This document shows, piece after piece, positions 1 through 10,689 of a stretch of DNA of 64,000 nucleotides (positions are counted from its first letter, which is position 1; the number at the start of each line of letters is the position of its first letter). The stretch is from Ruditapes philippinarum (lineage: Eukaryota), in contig NW_026865242.1 of the NCBI RefSeq assembly GCF_026571515.1, positions 1-64,000 on the forward strand. The letters run 5' to 3'. The translations under genes and the position numbers were made by a program. The notes under the pieces are model-generated. The model was not told the origin of the DNA. It saw only the letters and a list, made by a program, of their open reading frames with translations, and did not search any database.

Positions 1-7
1 AGTCCAA

Positions 8-203
8 CGAAAAGTTATGTACAGGGAACGTTTTCTTTATTTACATCATTTATATAAAACTCTGTGCATGTTTACTTTTTTCTCTTTTTATTTCTTGCGA
101 AAAAGTGTAGCAATGTTCTGTTGCATTATTAACCCCCAACATTCAGAGTTTTTGTAGTGGTTACAGCACTTTTTTCACTTTTGAACCAATTTTAAGTTAT
201 AAT
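8..203. repeat. ~195-bp non-coding block, near-identical to 10353..10547
   Basis: Direct match from cgaaaagttatgtacagggaacg to ccaattttaagttataat with only a few differences. Both copies lie 3' of a MACPF gene. Confidence 0.9.
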
Positions 204-755
204 CATTGTAACATAATTTAAGAAAAAATTACTTTTAGTTGACCTTAAACTCATGTCATTATGGACGTATTGCTGAAACCTTTTGATACTATTTCATTAT
301 TATTTCTCACATTATAGTACATTTGTATTACAAAATAATTTTTTGTTATAGAATTAGGGTTTTCCAAAACATTACCAAGCAAACATTGGTCTGTCGTTTA
401 TTTGATATTATACATGTACATGTATAAATAAAGTCAGAACGTTGAAAATATGAAAGCCATTACGATGGAAATTAAAAAGAGAAGTGCTTTTTGAGAAAGG
501 AAAGTTTTGAGATTTAGTAAAACAACTACAACATATGTATCTTAGAAAAAACAATAGACTACATAAATATAATTTATATAGATAGGACACAATTTCTAAT
601 AATGATTAACACGGGAAGCGTAATTAATTAGCAGCTTGGTTATGACTCCAATTGTTATCTCAGTGCTTAAACACAGGAGAAGAAATGAGTAGAAATAAAA
701 TAGATTCAATCAATAATTTTTTTCATGCATTCAGCCCGAGACTGCTGTAATGAAT

Positions 756-3700
756 TTAAGTTGGAATGAAAAATGTGTCCGTGTCTGTTGCTTCCGGCTG
801 TAATCCGTTCATTTGCTCCTTTCCGTACATTTTGCATCTTGACACTGTATCAGCCGACTCAGTATAAGAGTATGCGGAACAATAAGCGTCCTCAATGCAC
901 AGTTGTTGACATTTCTTCGAGTCTGCTTTCTTGTCCTCCTCATTTTCGAATCCCCGCGGAACGCCAATAATACCTGTACTGTTGACCACAAGCTGCAAAT
1001 CGATCTTTCCCGGAAACACGTTAGTTTGCCACTCAGCGTTTTCATCATCGGTCTTTATACTTGTCAAACTGTCAGTATTGTTTTCTGCGATTAAATGACA
1101 CGTTTTGTAGTCACGGTTTTTAGCCGAGCAAGTGGTACAAAACGAAACTGCTACACAAGGGATGTCGTCCAGACATATCTCAATACAGTCTGACACAGAC
1201 GACACCGCCTCCTCTTTATAATCTCCAACAATTCTTGTATTCCGTAATTCAATGCCCGCAGCAAGATCTTCGCAAGATTCTATTTCACCTTTCTTTTGAA
1301 GGAATAAGCAATAGTTTTGCTTGTAACTTACGATCTTCTTGAATATTCCATTGTAATCAACACCCAATGACTTCATGTATGTTGCTGTAAATAGATTTTC
1401 TATAGATGAGAGCTGGTATGAAGACGGTACTGGGTTTTCTTTCACCTCGGATGCCCAGGCATTAGCACCTCCTTCTTCCGGCGGCGGAGCCCCAACGGTC
1501 ATTGTCTTAGTCTCCACATTTTCTCGGAAATCTGACATGGCTTGTTCCTGATGGTGTGACAGCTTAAATTTTGCCTTGGTGTACACCCCATACAAGAGAG
1601 CAGACGCACTTGTTTCTACGTTAATTTTTTGTCGCATTTGTTTCTCATAGAATGTTGATGTCATCTTAAACTCGTTTGTATATCTCGCTCCAAACGTTAC
1701 TTCAGTTACAAAATGTGTCCCATAAGTTTGAAAGAATTTAAAGTATAGCTCTTCATCCGACTGAGCTCCATTCAGCTTACGTATCCATTTAATGAATACA
1801 TCGTCAAATTGTGGGGGATTTTCAGTTAACATTTTACTGAAGTAATAATTACATTTGGCTGTGGACAAAACGTAAACGTATTTACCCGAGGACATTTTTG
1901 AAGAAAATCTTTTAAAGCCAAAACTTGCAGAAAATTTAAATCCCCAAGATCTGGCGCTAAATTTTGCATACGTTGATAATGCATTGGAAAATTCGTACTT
2001 GGTTTGTATGGTAGTGGATGAAAATGTCGTAACACAAGACACGTCTGGAATGACGACAAGTCCTCTTGGAACCGAGTATCGACAGTCGGCTGTTTGTTTT
2101 CCGGCGGAATAATCTGCTTTAAATATGGGATACGTAAAACCTGGGTCATGTCCGACAGCGAGCGGAAATCCCTTTAATATGTTGTAGCCCAAAAGTGCGT
2201 AATCTAAATCAGGAAAGGACTGTTTCAACTGTGGACCTTTGCAGTCTTGATAACTTGGCTGCTTTTCTGAAATAAGATCATAAGTGTAAATTTGAAATCA
2301 TTATAGAAATAGAGGTTAACCTTTAACCTCATATAGGCGTCTTTTGACGGCTTTTCGCCCCCCTCCCCTTCTTTTGAGGCCTCAAACAGTGAAATATGTC
2401 CTATTTAGGTCCCAAACTCCGTTTTTCATGTGAGAATTGTTGTTAAAGAAGTGATCACTTTTTCGGCGCCACTTCCCATCATTTAGTCACATCAGGGGGT
2501 TGCCAGAAGGGGGTTGTGCCCCCTTCTGTCTGAGGATTTAAAGGAGGCGGCAGCCAACCCCCCCCCCCCCTCATCGCCAAGAAAATTCTTGACATGTGAC
2601 AGGCTAAAAATGGCATCAGGTCGATCTTACCAACGCTTAAAAGCATTTTACTTTATTTCAATCCATTGAGAAGTTGCAGCACCCCGTTGCCAAGGTAACA
2701 GGAAATTAAAGATTGAGCATGCTATTACAGAGGCTATGGTTCAGTCAACATTAAATTTTGTGCCAAGTTTCATCAGTATTGAAGCATTTTTCATAGTTTC
2801 ATAGCAGTTTGAACTTGTAACAGGAGGCTTTTCAATGAAAACGGCCATTTTTCACAATATGCTCATGCGGTAAAAGGTTAAGTCTTTAGAACTTGAATAG
2901 CCGCGGTCTATATACTTTCTATTGAAATGAATGTTTTGCCTAATTTTTTGATTCCAGCACTTTTAATGGTGTGATTTGAAGGCTTGGAATATGACGCATG
3001 TACCTTTATAAAATCATGGACTGCCTCTTTGACACAAAATTGTCTGCGAATATTTGTTTTTTGTTTCAGTTGCGTTCTCGGGAATACCTTTTCCATTTTT
3101 AGACAAAATGAAACGAAATATCTTATAGTTCTGTGACATGGTTTTTTAAAATGTAATCTTTCTTACAATTTTGTTCAAAAATAGATATGAGCCATGTCAC
3201 GACAAAACCAACATAGTGCGTTTGCGACCAGTATGGATCTAGACCAGCCTGCGCATCCGCGCAGTCTGATCAGGATCCATGCTGTTCGCTATCAGTTTCT
3301 TTATTGTAAGCGAACAGCATGGATCCTGATCAGACTGCGCGGATGCGCAGGCTGGCCTGGATCCATGCTGGTCGCAAACCCATTATGTAGGTTTTGTCGT
3401 GTCGCGGCTCATATATGATCTGATAACTGAATGGCAAAGTGTTTTATTACCTAAATGCATTTCTATTGCATATGCAGAATTGTGATCACCAGTTTGTCGT
3501 TCAGCTGATGGTGCAACCAATGCTTCCAGTGTGCTTTAAAAGTACAAAAATATATATTGTCAACAACACACTGACACAAATCACCCAAGTTTAGTCAAGT
3601 ACTATTGATTTTGTATTTTGTAAAGTAGGAAAATACAACATGTAATAATACAACCTCTTTTTTATTTCATTTTTATTTCAAAGCTGACAAGTAGCATAAA

Positions 3701-4449
3701 ATTGATAATAATTTATTTTTAGATCTTTATTTTGTTTTTCATTTATTATGTTATTTATTTTTATCATTTCTTCTTATTATTTTTGAACGAAAATATGAAT
3801 TTCATAATCATAAATTTCCTAAATTGATTTCATTTTGTTTAACACCATCTTTATTGTATATATAATAAAAGACACCAGAAGAAAACAAAACAGTAATATT
3901 CACCTGTCTTGCTTTATCTGTGTAACAGAGTAGACAACAATGGCAGTCACAATAAGTAAGCTGATGACCATAAGCTTAACACACCCTCCTGAAACCTGTA
4001 AAGCAAAAAAAAAAACCCTTATGTACGAATATAACAGTTTTCTGATTATTCCAACACCAAACTCATCACAGCGGTTACGTCACACTTTGCTTCTTTAACT
4101 GTACTGATCAGGGGAAGTAACCGCTGCGGGGAGTTTGATTATCACGTATGCTTAAAGTGGATTGGTCTACAATGGTCACATGATCAACAAGTATTTCAAA
4201 TATTTTTCAAAACAATATGCCATTTGGATATTCTTACAAAGTATTTCTTGTTAAAAAAATGTTGATCGAGTTCGAAGTGATTTAGTATGAAAATATTCGT
4301 ATGATGTATAATAATATTTTGTTCTAGAATAATTTTTTATCTGTTATATAAAGATGTGTAATATCACATCATGTATCTCACATCTACCAACGACAACCAT
4401 ATCTAATTTTCTCATAATTATAGTTTTTGTCAAGTATTATACTAAATAC

Positions 4450-4510
<61 letters not shown>

Positions 4511-7267
4511 TCTTTATTTAAAGAAGGTTACACATTAAGAACATACAATAACAATCATATATATCTTATTTCCAAAGTGGCCTTCTGAAAAAGAAAACAA
4601 CAACAACAACAGGACATGCATAGGTAGAAAAATGAATGTATAATATGTAATTTTTAGAATAATACAACTCATATACTTTCGACAGGCACTCAACAATTTT
4701 TGTTTAAACATATATGTATATTGCATCATTTGTTCGTTCGTTCATTCGTTCGTTCATATATTTATTCATTCATTCATTCATTCACTCACTCATTCATTCA
4801 TATGAACATCAAGATATGCTTTGTATTTTTCTTTAAAACATTTAAGGTTATTAACATTACGAATATTTAAAGGTATATTGTTCCAAATGTTCATGCCATA
4901 ATAAGTAAATGTGTCTTTAATATAATTTGTTTTAGGTCTTGTCCATAATACAATATCTTTCCGTGACCTAGATCTTAAGTTATATATTTTGTTGTCGGAT
5001 AAAGTCATCAGTTCTGTCATATACGTCGGTGCCATGTTATTTAAAGTTTTAAAAACAAGCACCGCCGTGTGGTATTTACATCTGTCAAGGAACGGTAACC
5101 AATTAAGAGTTTCGAATAGATTTGTTGACGGAGATCTTTGAGGTTGCTGTAAAATGTTTTAGCAATTCGTTTTTGCGACGGACGCGCCCTCAGGCGCGTT
5201 CAGAGCTAATTCATCTACACATGGGATTTCGTCTGCTACAATCGCGCAGTGTCCTCAACCGAGTAACAGCCCATGAAATAGTACATGAATTTGATCCTTT
5301 AAAACTTACATTCTTTGTCGGGATATCTTAAAATCTTCCATATTTAGCCTTTTCAATTTTCAAATTAAGTTATCCAAGTTAAAATATGAACGTATTTGAT
5401 TGATAAAAACGTTGTAGTCCCGTAGTATTATTGCGCAATATGCAAATTACTGCCGAAACGATTTACAGCTGTCGAAAAAGTAGGACAGCAAATTATACTA
5501 TAATAAAGGTGTAAGCTCTGAGTTCCAAAAAATTATTAGTAGGACATAAATATTTCTACATTATACAAAACATAATTATTAACAAATCAAAGTTTTTCGT
5601 GACTCTAGAATAACTCGCGCATTAATAAAAGAAGAACTATTTTCGTGACTCATACAGCGGGTTTAGCTGAATATTCAGCAGTTATTAATAAATTAGATAT
5701 AGTATAATGGTTAGTATAAATATCTATTTTTGAAAATGCTTGTAACAAGAGAGTTTTTTCAACACTTTACTACCATGTAGTCTTTCATGGTAATCTTTAT
5801 TGAAGGAAGTTATAATATCAGTTCTACTTCCGATTCTTGTGGTTTGTTTACATATTTTTCTAGGTCACGATATAACATTCGCTATTCTAAAAATAGATTA
5901 TGCTTCACCTGCAGGCGATAAGGGTGTACACATTATACATGTAATAAACCAGCGGATACTTACTTTGCTTACATGCAATACTTACAATTGTAAGAAAATG
6001 GAATTTAGTGTGAAATTGAAAAGAACAGCTTAAGTGGCATTTAAATTAAAATAAAAACGATGTGCTCTGGCCTCTACATCTTTACCTTGTAAATAAAAAA
6101 AATCTAAAAAATACACTTTTAATTGCTGATGATTTCAACCAAAAATATTTTTAATTAATGAGACATATCCAAGAGAAATAAAAATACAAATGACTTCTAT
6201 TTTATTGTCTGTATGCCCACTATGATATAACACGAAGCAATTCTAAATAACATTCTCACATGTATAATGTATTATGCTTGAAGTTAATTTGCATGGTTTA
6301 TTTTAGAAATATTTCGTTGACAGTTTTTTCTATTTACATATCATTCCTTGGACACTGATTTACAAGTTTGACCAGAGTTTTTAGGCATAAATTTCATTCT
6401 GTATAAGTAGAAAATCTGAATTACATCAGATTTGGACACATAATATATATTGCTCTACAAATCTCGAACTTGTATGGAACAAATTTTCTCTGTTATATCT
6501 TTTGTGTTGTTTTTTTTTCTAAAAGAAAACCTTAATGTCTCTCCGGTTGCATGTCCGTCGCATTCAGTGCTGCAGCACTTTGATTGTAACTTACAAACAT
6601 TATTTATGTAGTTTGTGTTTCCTTTACCCCATATAATACAACAATAGTCCATAATGGGCAATATATATGCATTGTAAAACAATAATTTCATATCAAAGTG
6701 CAAAAAATACGATATTTTTTTCAATAAGGCAATTTTTCCGTTAAGTTTTTTTACAAACATTGTCAATTTGCAAGTGCCATTTTAAGTTGTTATCTATGCA
6801 AATACCCAAGACTTTTTGATCAGTTACATTTTCAAGAGCTATTTCATTTATCTTAAGAATTAATTTTCTCATAATATTTACTTTTTGTCTTGTTCCTATT
6901 ACCATACATTTTGATTTATCTGGATTTAAGGCCATATTATTTATTTTGCACCATTTGTCAATGTTATTTAAATGATCTTGAAGTTTTATACTATCAACAT
7001 GCATAATTATTTATGGCATTACATACGTTTTATTATGTATCATTTCACTTTAAAACCTTTACTCGACTAAAACTGTCTCGGAAAAAAAATAAAACCAAAG
7101 AACGTTTATTTATTACTTACAAAGTTTGGACATTTATGTTTCGACATTCTCTGGAAGATAGATGGATGTCTGTTCAAACGTTCGTACTGACGTTGTAACG
7201 CTCCATTTTGATCTTGTAAAGTTGTATTCTGTACAAAAATTTCGCTTGGTCTAGCATCTGATGCCAT
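756..7267 (-). CDS. MACPF-domain (perforin-like) protein with N-terminal tail + hydrophobic anchor and two C-terminal PAN/apple-like domains, paralog 1 (597 aa)
   Basis: Coding exons complement(join 7121..7267, 3904..3995, 3490..3533, 756..2266), all GT-AG, intron phases 0/2/1, 1794 nt open. N-terminus MASDARPSEI...CPNF|VSGGCVKLMVISLLIVTAIVVYSVTQIKQDS|TLEALVAPSAERQTE|KQPSYQDCKGPQLKQSFP. MACPF signature variant YGTHFVTEVTFGA. Two Cys-patterned modules (CIEIC..CVAVSF..C; CQQLC..CSAYSY..C) typical of PAN/apple domains. Confidence 0.9.
2320..2877. mobile_element. piggyBac-like non-autonomous element (MITE) in MACPF paralog 1 intron 3
   Basis: TTAA on both sides. Imperfect TIR CCTTTAACCTCAT / ATGCGGTAAAAGG (11 of 13). 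No ORF. Confidence 0.6.
3185..3414. mobile_element. Foldback MITE family A, copy 1
   Basis: ~105-bp inverted arms (atatgagcc...ggatccatgctgttcgct / agcgaacagcatggatcc...ggctcatat). Four copies in the window. Confidence 0.9.
4451..7004 (-). mobile_element. 5'-truncated non-LTR retrotransposon (CR1/L2-group-like) 3' fragment, interrupted by a Helentron-like insert
   Basis: RT C-terminal remnants (KWCKINNMALNPDKSKCM, LGICIDNNLKW, FYNAYILPIMDYCCIIWG, LNWLPF..RCKYHTAVLVFK, YNLRS) with frameshifts, then a 3' UTR, AATAAA and a (TTA)n tail at 4451-4510. Confidence 0.85.
5173..6583 (+). mobile_element. Non-autonomous Helentron/Helitron2-like element
   Basis: Subterminal inverted repeats TGCGACGGAC (5174-5183) / GTCCGTCGCA (6553-6562), 5' hairpin ACGCGCC..GGCGCGT, 3' palindrome AGTGCTGCAGCACT. 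Inserted in a T run with no TSD. Removing it rejoins the LINE codons LQ|KRIAK. Confidence 0.75.
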
Positions 7268-7835
7268 TTTTCTTTCCTATGGTTGCTTATTTTACTCCAA
7301 AATAACACTCATCGTTAATATAAAGCCTTAAACTGTTCTATTTTAGAGGACACGGTTATGGAAAGTCGCCCTACGTGATAACTTTCGACAAATCAGAGGC
7401 ATACAAGGAAATATTTTTAAACTAAAAAATGTTTAGAGACAATTCATTGTAAATAACACCTTTTTCTTTTGCAAAGTTATTATACACCTAATTTGAAACC
7501 TTTTGTTGAATATCTTGTAAATCAGGGAAGTTTTTTTTAAAGGTTTTGTATCAGCGACAGTTTACAAAAACATAAATCCATGGGGAACATTGGTTACTTG
7601 CTCGTTAAATGATGAATTAATTTCCTATTGCATTGATGTGTACGTGACTGAATTATTATTTTCGTCTATTGAATGAAAGAATAAAGAAAATAAATAAATA
7701 AAATAATTTTAATTTCATGTTACGATCTTCATTAAATGGTGGATAATAAGATAAAGATGAAGTACATGTAGTAAATCAATGAAGGCCGACAAGATTTGAC
7801 CAGAAAGAATGATCATTACTATTGACCATGAACAA

Positions 7836-8073
7836 ATGAGCCGCGTCACTACAAAACCAACATAATGGGTTTGCGACCAGCATGGACCCAGACCAGCCTG
7901 CGCATCCGCGCAGCCTGATCAGGATCCATGCTGTTCGCTGTCATTTTCTCCACTTGTAATATAGTTGGTAAGCGAACAGCATGGATCCTGATCAGACTGC
8001 ACGGATGCGCAGGCTGGTCTGGATCCATGCTGGTCGCAAACCCACTATGTTGGTTTTGTAGTGACGCGGCTCT
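7836..8073. mobile_element. Foldback MITE family A, copy 2
   Basis: Same long inverted arms as 3185..3414. Confidence 0.9.
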
Positions 8074-8143
8074 AATACATGTACACCAAAAATGTTGTCT
8101 AAATATTTACGTGTACAATAACATTCTAGTTACTTGAGTTTAA

Positions 8144-8380
8144 GGTAGAACGCGACACTGTGAACTTTCCATTGGCGTTCTGAAAATTGGCATGTATAAA
8201 GTTGATCATATTTCAGATTCCGTCGATTTTATTCCAATAGTTTTAGCCATTTTTTGTACAAATGACGTCAAAGTTGACCACTGAAGCCCGATTTGGAACA
8301 TGAAATCTGAAATATGGTCAACTTTTTACATACCAATTTTCAAGACTCAAACTAGAAAGTTTGCAGTGTCGCGTTCTACC
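8144..8380. mobile_element. TTAA-flanked MITE (Kolobok-like termini)
   Basis: TTAA-GGTAGAACGCGACACTG ... CAGTGTCGCGTTCTACC-TTAA, a 17-bp perfect TIR with further internal symmetry. Confidence 0.8.
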
Positions 8381-8677
8381 TTAAGTATTGCTGTTTGAGG
8401 TCGTTGTACAGTAGACAGTCAATCAAAAGGTGCACTTCATTTTCAATAACATACACATTACATAATAGACAAAATTAACAATAACTTAATTCTTTGTAAT
8501 TGTTTAAGTACCCTCCTGATTTTATTTTCAAGCTATGGCCACTGCATCTAAAATTTGCTAAGGCGCGCTAACATACATAAAGGCATACTCTTTGACAAAT
8601 AGCATTCATCAGAACTATATGTTTTATACATACTGTAACTTATAGCATTTGGCATAAATATAAATATCAGACATTAA

Positions 8678-9024
8678 AGCAGCACGCATCCAGATTCATG
8701 GTAACTTTCCTTAAAAAAATCAAAAATGTATTTAGAAAGTAAATTATTGTAAAGTAAACAAAGAAAGTAATTCACGCATTGCAAAGAGCACTTCCAATCT
8801 ATGAAAGTTACCTGAAATAATTCAAAATACGCAAAAATAGCCCTAACTGCGCTAGTGAAGCAGTAGAAATATGGTGATTAATTCTGCACAATCAGCCACT
8901 CATTGCATATAACATGTAAATAATTTCTTGAATTGTAATAATTTTATCTTTCTTTGAATCATCGTATATTTTTCTCAAAGTTCATTATCTTGCAATTATT
9001 TGGCTCATCTGGATGCGTGCAGCT
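8678..9024. mobile_element. TTAA-flanked MITE (Kolobok-like termini), second family
   Basis: TTAA-AGCAGCACGCATCCAGAT ... ATCTGGATGCGTGCAGCT-TTAA. Related right ends near 30715-30736 and 35199-35220. Confidence 0.75.
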
Positions 9025-10352
9025 TTAACGCTTGTCTACAGCAGTATGAGACTCGGGTCTTAAATGTTTGCATGAATGACCCCGTTGGCCAAGACCTATG
9101 TGAAATAGCATACGTTCAACATAAGTTGCCCGTGTGATTCGCCCTTATTCTTTCAGTTTCTCAGCATGACCTAACATTGAAGGTCCTAATGATGGCTTAC
9201 AAACTTGGACTTACACATTTGTAATAAGGTTTTTAATCTCCCATATTTATTGTCTTGTTTGTATTTCATTACTCCTAATCATTATTAAAAAAGACTTCAT
9301 AAGGCTTTCCAAACTCCTTATTAAAACTTACACAATTTTTAAAGAAAATTTTGCGTACCATAACACTTTCGAAAATATTGTCATTTTTTTAAAAGAAATT
9401 TTCGACCATGCGACCACATACATGCATCGAGGACATGTTTTAATATAAAGTGACCGTGCGACCACATACACGCATCACATGATTCCCCTTCTCTTACGAG
9501 AAAGGGACAAAGAGTTGCCCGTCTTTTTATTAAAGGACAGACTTTAAAAATATGCCATTTCCATTATGTTATAAGGAGGCTAATTTTCACAGATATGTCT
9601 TAAATTGGTTTATATACAAGACTATTTATGCAAACCAAGCGAGTTTTAGTTTTTCGTTCTTTTAAGTTCGCTATGAAATTTTCAAAAGATCATATATAAT
9701 TTCTTGTAAAGTTTGAGTTTACAGGTTTTTTTTTACTTTTCATTCTGTCTATATAATAGAATTCTTTTGCTTTTGCAAAACATGAACGTTTCCAAAACGT
9801 TTTATATGCATTGAATATATATTTCACACTTTGTTTGCAAATATTAACCTGGGGGAATTTTGCTAAAATACGCATTTAGTTTCTATATTCGCCTTATCCT
9901 AGTAGTAATAGAAAAGGTATAGATAATGTGATGGCCTGTAAGAAAAAAAGATGCCGACAAATCTGACACTGGTAGGACTGTATGTATTTGCAAGCCTAAT
10001 CTAAACTTGCTAAATTTGTTAAATGCACTTTTCAAACTTCCATTGTTTTAGATCTATCAATCTTGGAATATTAGATTGAAATTTCTAATGTAAATAAGCC
10101 ATATTTACAGAGCCGGTTCAGTCTGCATGGATGTACAGCCTAGCTTATTCATTTCGGTTCCAGCATACATGTGTAACGTACGCATACATGATAAAAACGT
10201 ACAAATTGTGCTAACATTATAAGTAACGTAGACTTTATCATATGAAAACTATAAACAACGGAAAATCGTGTTCGTGACCATGTTCAAAGCCACGTTTAAC
10301 ATATTTTGTATATTGTGCTTAGATGAAAAAAATAGGTAGAAATGTTTAGTCA

Positions 10353-10547
10353 CGAAAAGTTATGTACAGGGAACGTTTTCTTTATTTACATCATTTATAT
10401 AAAACTCTGTGCATGTTTACTTTTTCTCTTTTTATTTCTTGCGAAAAAATGTAGCAATGTTCTGTTGCATTATTAACCCCCAACATTCAGAGTTTTTGTA
10501 GTGGTTACAGCATTGTTTTCACTTTTGAACCAATTTTAAGTTATAAT
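10353..10547. repeat. Second copy of the ~195-bp block at 8..203
   Basis: Direct sequence match. Lies ~145 bp downstream of the paralog 2 stop codon. Confidence 0.9.
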
Positions 10548-10689
10548 AAATTTTAATATCAAAATACTATCATTTGTGCAAGCAGACCTGGCACTAAAAT
10601 GGTGGTAAAAGCTAATCACTTTCGCTTCCAAGAGGCTAATGGCTAGGATCGAAACAGTTCATCAATGTATTCAGATATAGTTATTATAT

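Noticed and set aside
3194-3418. Recurrent small ORFs (MDPDQPAHPRSLIRIHAV, also 7928, 26178, 35619)
   Set aside because: Translations of the foldback MITE arms.
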